Shown here piece by piece: positions 62,200 to 64,000 of a stretch of 64,000 nucleotides of DNA. Every line of letters begins with the position of its first letter. Position 1 is the first letter of the stretch. Source of the DNA: Malacoraja senta (taxonomy: Eukaryota); the NCBI GenBank assembly GCA_038087875.1, contig CM075997.1:4094001-4158000 (forward strand), written 5' to 3'. Under the pieces are notes generated by a model that saw only the letters and a program-made list of their open reading frames with translations, was not told the origin of the DNA and searched no databases. Both the position numbers and the translations under genes were made by a program.

Positions 62200-63092
62200 A
62201 GTTACAACGGTGATTGGCCTCATCAGCGACAATGATGAGTCGGCCTATAGGGAGGAAGTCCAGCTCCTAGCAGCATGGTGCGCTGACAACAACCTGGCCC
62301 TTAACACCAAGAAGACCAAGGAGCTCATTGTGGACTACAGAAGGTCTAGGGGTGGCACGCACACCCCCATCCATATTAACGGGATGGAGGTGGAGCGTGT
62401 TTCCAGCTTCAGGTTTCTGGGGCTCAATATCCCTGATGACCACTCTTGTACCCACAATACCTCAACACTGATTAATGAAGGCTCACCAGCGTCTCTTCTT
62501 CCTGAGGAGACTAAAGAAGGTCCATCTGTCTCTCCTCAGATTCTGGTGAACTTCTACCGCTGCGCCACTGAGAGAGCATCCTTACTAACTATATCACAGT
62601 ATGGTATGGCAACTGCTCTGTCTCCGACCAGAAAGCACTGCAGAGGGTAGTGAAAACTGCCCAACGCATCACCGGTTCCTCACTCCCCTCCATTGAGTCT
62701 GTCCAGAGCAAGCGATGTCTGCGAAGGGCGCTCAGCATCGTCAAGGATTGCTCTCACCCCAACCACAGATTGTTTACCCTCCTCCCACCTGGGAGGCGCA
62801 ACAAGTCTCTCCATTCCCGGACCAGCAGGTTCAGGAACAGCTTCTTCCCTGTGGTTGTTACCCTATTTAACTCTACGCCTTGGTGATTGCCAGTCATCCC
62901 CCACCCCCCCGGACACTCCTTCCCCCAGTGACTGATCTCTCTCCCCGGAAATTGCACTACTGCTACTGTATATACATATATATATTTATGGTTCCATTAT
63001 TCTGTGTTCGCACTTTTGGGTGAGATGCTAACTGCATTTCGTTGTCTCTGTACTTGTTTGTACACTGCACATTGACAATAAAGTTTTGAATC
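62200..63092 (+). mobile_element. Rex1/Babar-type LINE 3' fragment
   Basis: IGLISDNDESAYREEV..L..WC.DNNL.LN.KKTKELIVDYRR and RTSRFRNSFFP; frameshifted; GACAATAAAG tail. Confidence 0.88.
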
Positions 63093-63142
63093 TGAAGTTG
63101 TTAAATTCAGACTATCTATCGGTCAGACAATGAATACTAGAC

Positions 63143-63350
63143 GAAGGTAGACAAAAAATGCTGGAGTAACTCAAGCAGGACAGGCAGCATCTCTGGAGAG
63201 AAGAAATGGGTGACGTTTCAGGTCGAGAGGTCTCGACCCAAAACGTCACCCATTCCTTCTCTCCAGAGATGCTGCCTGTCCCGCTGAGTTACTCCAGCAT
63301 TTTATGTCTACCTTCGATTTAAAGCAGCATCTGCAGTTCTTTCTTATACA
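63143..63350. mobile_element. Fold-back (inverted) Penelope-tail element
   Basis: About 85-bp inverted arms of the Penelope tail; exact 14-bp TSD AATGAATACTAGAC at 63129-63142 and 63351-63364. Confidence 0.8.
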
Positions 63351-64000
63351 AATGAATACTAGACAATATATACTGGAGAGTTAAGATTTTGCAAGTGTAA
63401 TAACACAAAAATATCAATGCAAGTGGGGATGCTTCTATTCAAAATATGCCTTTAGGCCCCAAAAAAGACACTATACAAATGCAAGTTAATGGTGAGTATA
63501 AAATACTCAGAACATTGGATGCTGCCTGGACCATGATCCAGTTCAAATGTGAATCACACAAGCCTATTGTATCATGCAAGGCACAATGTATCACTATTCT
63601 CAGAGGAGGATTGTTGTTGTCAACTTCCACGCAAGCAGCACCACACATTAAATAACTACTGAATAGCAACATATCGACTTGCCATACTGGCGTACAACTG
63701 TTAAATGGAACTTGCCCATCTCCTCCATGCAATCAGAAAGACATGCCCCACTGAAATACAAGAATCTCCCTCAAAAATCTATTTTTACAGAATGTTATAA
63801 AGCTTCAGTTATCCAACATTTTGTCCGAATAATGTATTCCCAAAATTAATTTGTAGTTAGCATTAAATTCTTAAAAACCATTGGACAAATTTTCTGATAG
63901 AAAATAATTTTATAATTTCCAATTGACATTGCTGATCAATAAAACTAACTCCCTGCAGAATTTCTGCTTACTACAATGATACAATTTATTTGTTGTCATT

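Noticed and set aside
1..64000. Prokaryotic systems (CRISPR array, operons, retrons, defence loci)
   Set aside because: Spliced vertebrate genes and LINE/SINE content; repeats are dispersed rather than regularly spaced; all RT ORFs are non-LTR retrotransposon type.
28501..64000. Intronic snoRNA or miRNA genes in HNRNPUL1
   Set aside because: No convincing C/D or H/ACA pair with terminal stem by eye; the hairpins seen are transposon-derived. An Rfam scan would be needed to exclude them.
60532..64000. HNRNPUL1 SAP-domain exon 1 and promoter
   Set aside because: No SAP motif or CpG island here; presumed beyond the window end.

Overview
Vertebrate nuclear DNA, most likely a cartilaginous fish (probably a skate or ray, inferred from HE1/V-SINE-like, CR1, Rex1 and Penelope repeats). 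It is very repeat-rich and has one 200-N gap (20918-21117). Two genes are supported. (1) HNRNPUL1 on the minus strand: 14 coding exons reconstructed by hand from 60531 down to the TAA at 28387, all GT-AG and phase-consistent, 2132 nt of CDS. They encode SPRY/B30.2, a P-loop domain, an RGG box and a Y/Q/N/P-rich tail; the SAP-encoding first exon is absent and presumably lies beyond the window end. (2) One intact exon 1 of a CYP2-family P450 on the plus strand (9554-9724), with no later exons recognisable. The most interesting signal is in HNRNPUL1 intron 10: a sense-strand cluster of about nine 5' splice-site motifs (five GTAAGT within about 205 nt), a branch point and acceptor defining a stop-introducing micro-exon, and flanking intronic AATAAA signals. 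This looks like a decoy/poison-exon or U1-versus-polyadenylation switch. Also notable: over 20 copies of a minimal hammerhead-ribozyme motif in Penelope-derived repeats, a modular Harbinger-like MITE family, a Helitron-like end running into the gap, and a reconstructable tandem duplication upstream of the CYP2 exon. Family assignments come from motif recognition, not database searches. Exon numbers assume one missing upstream exon.
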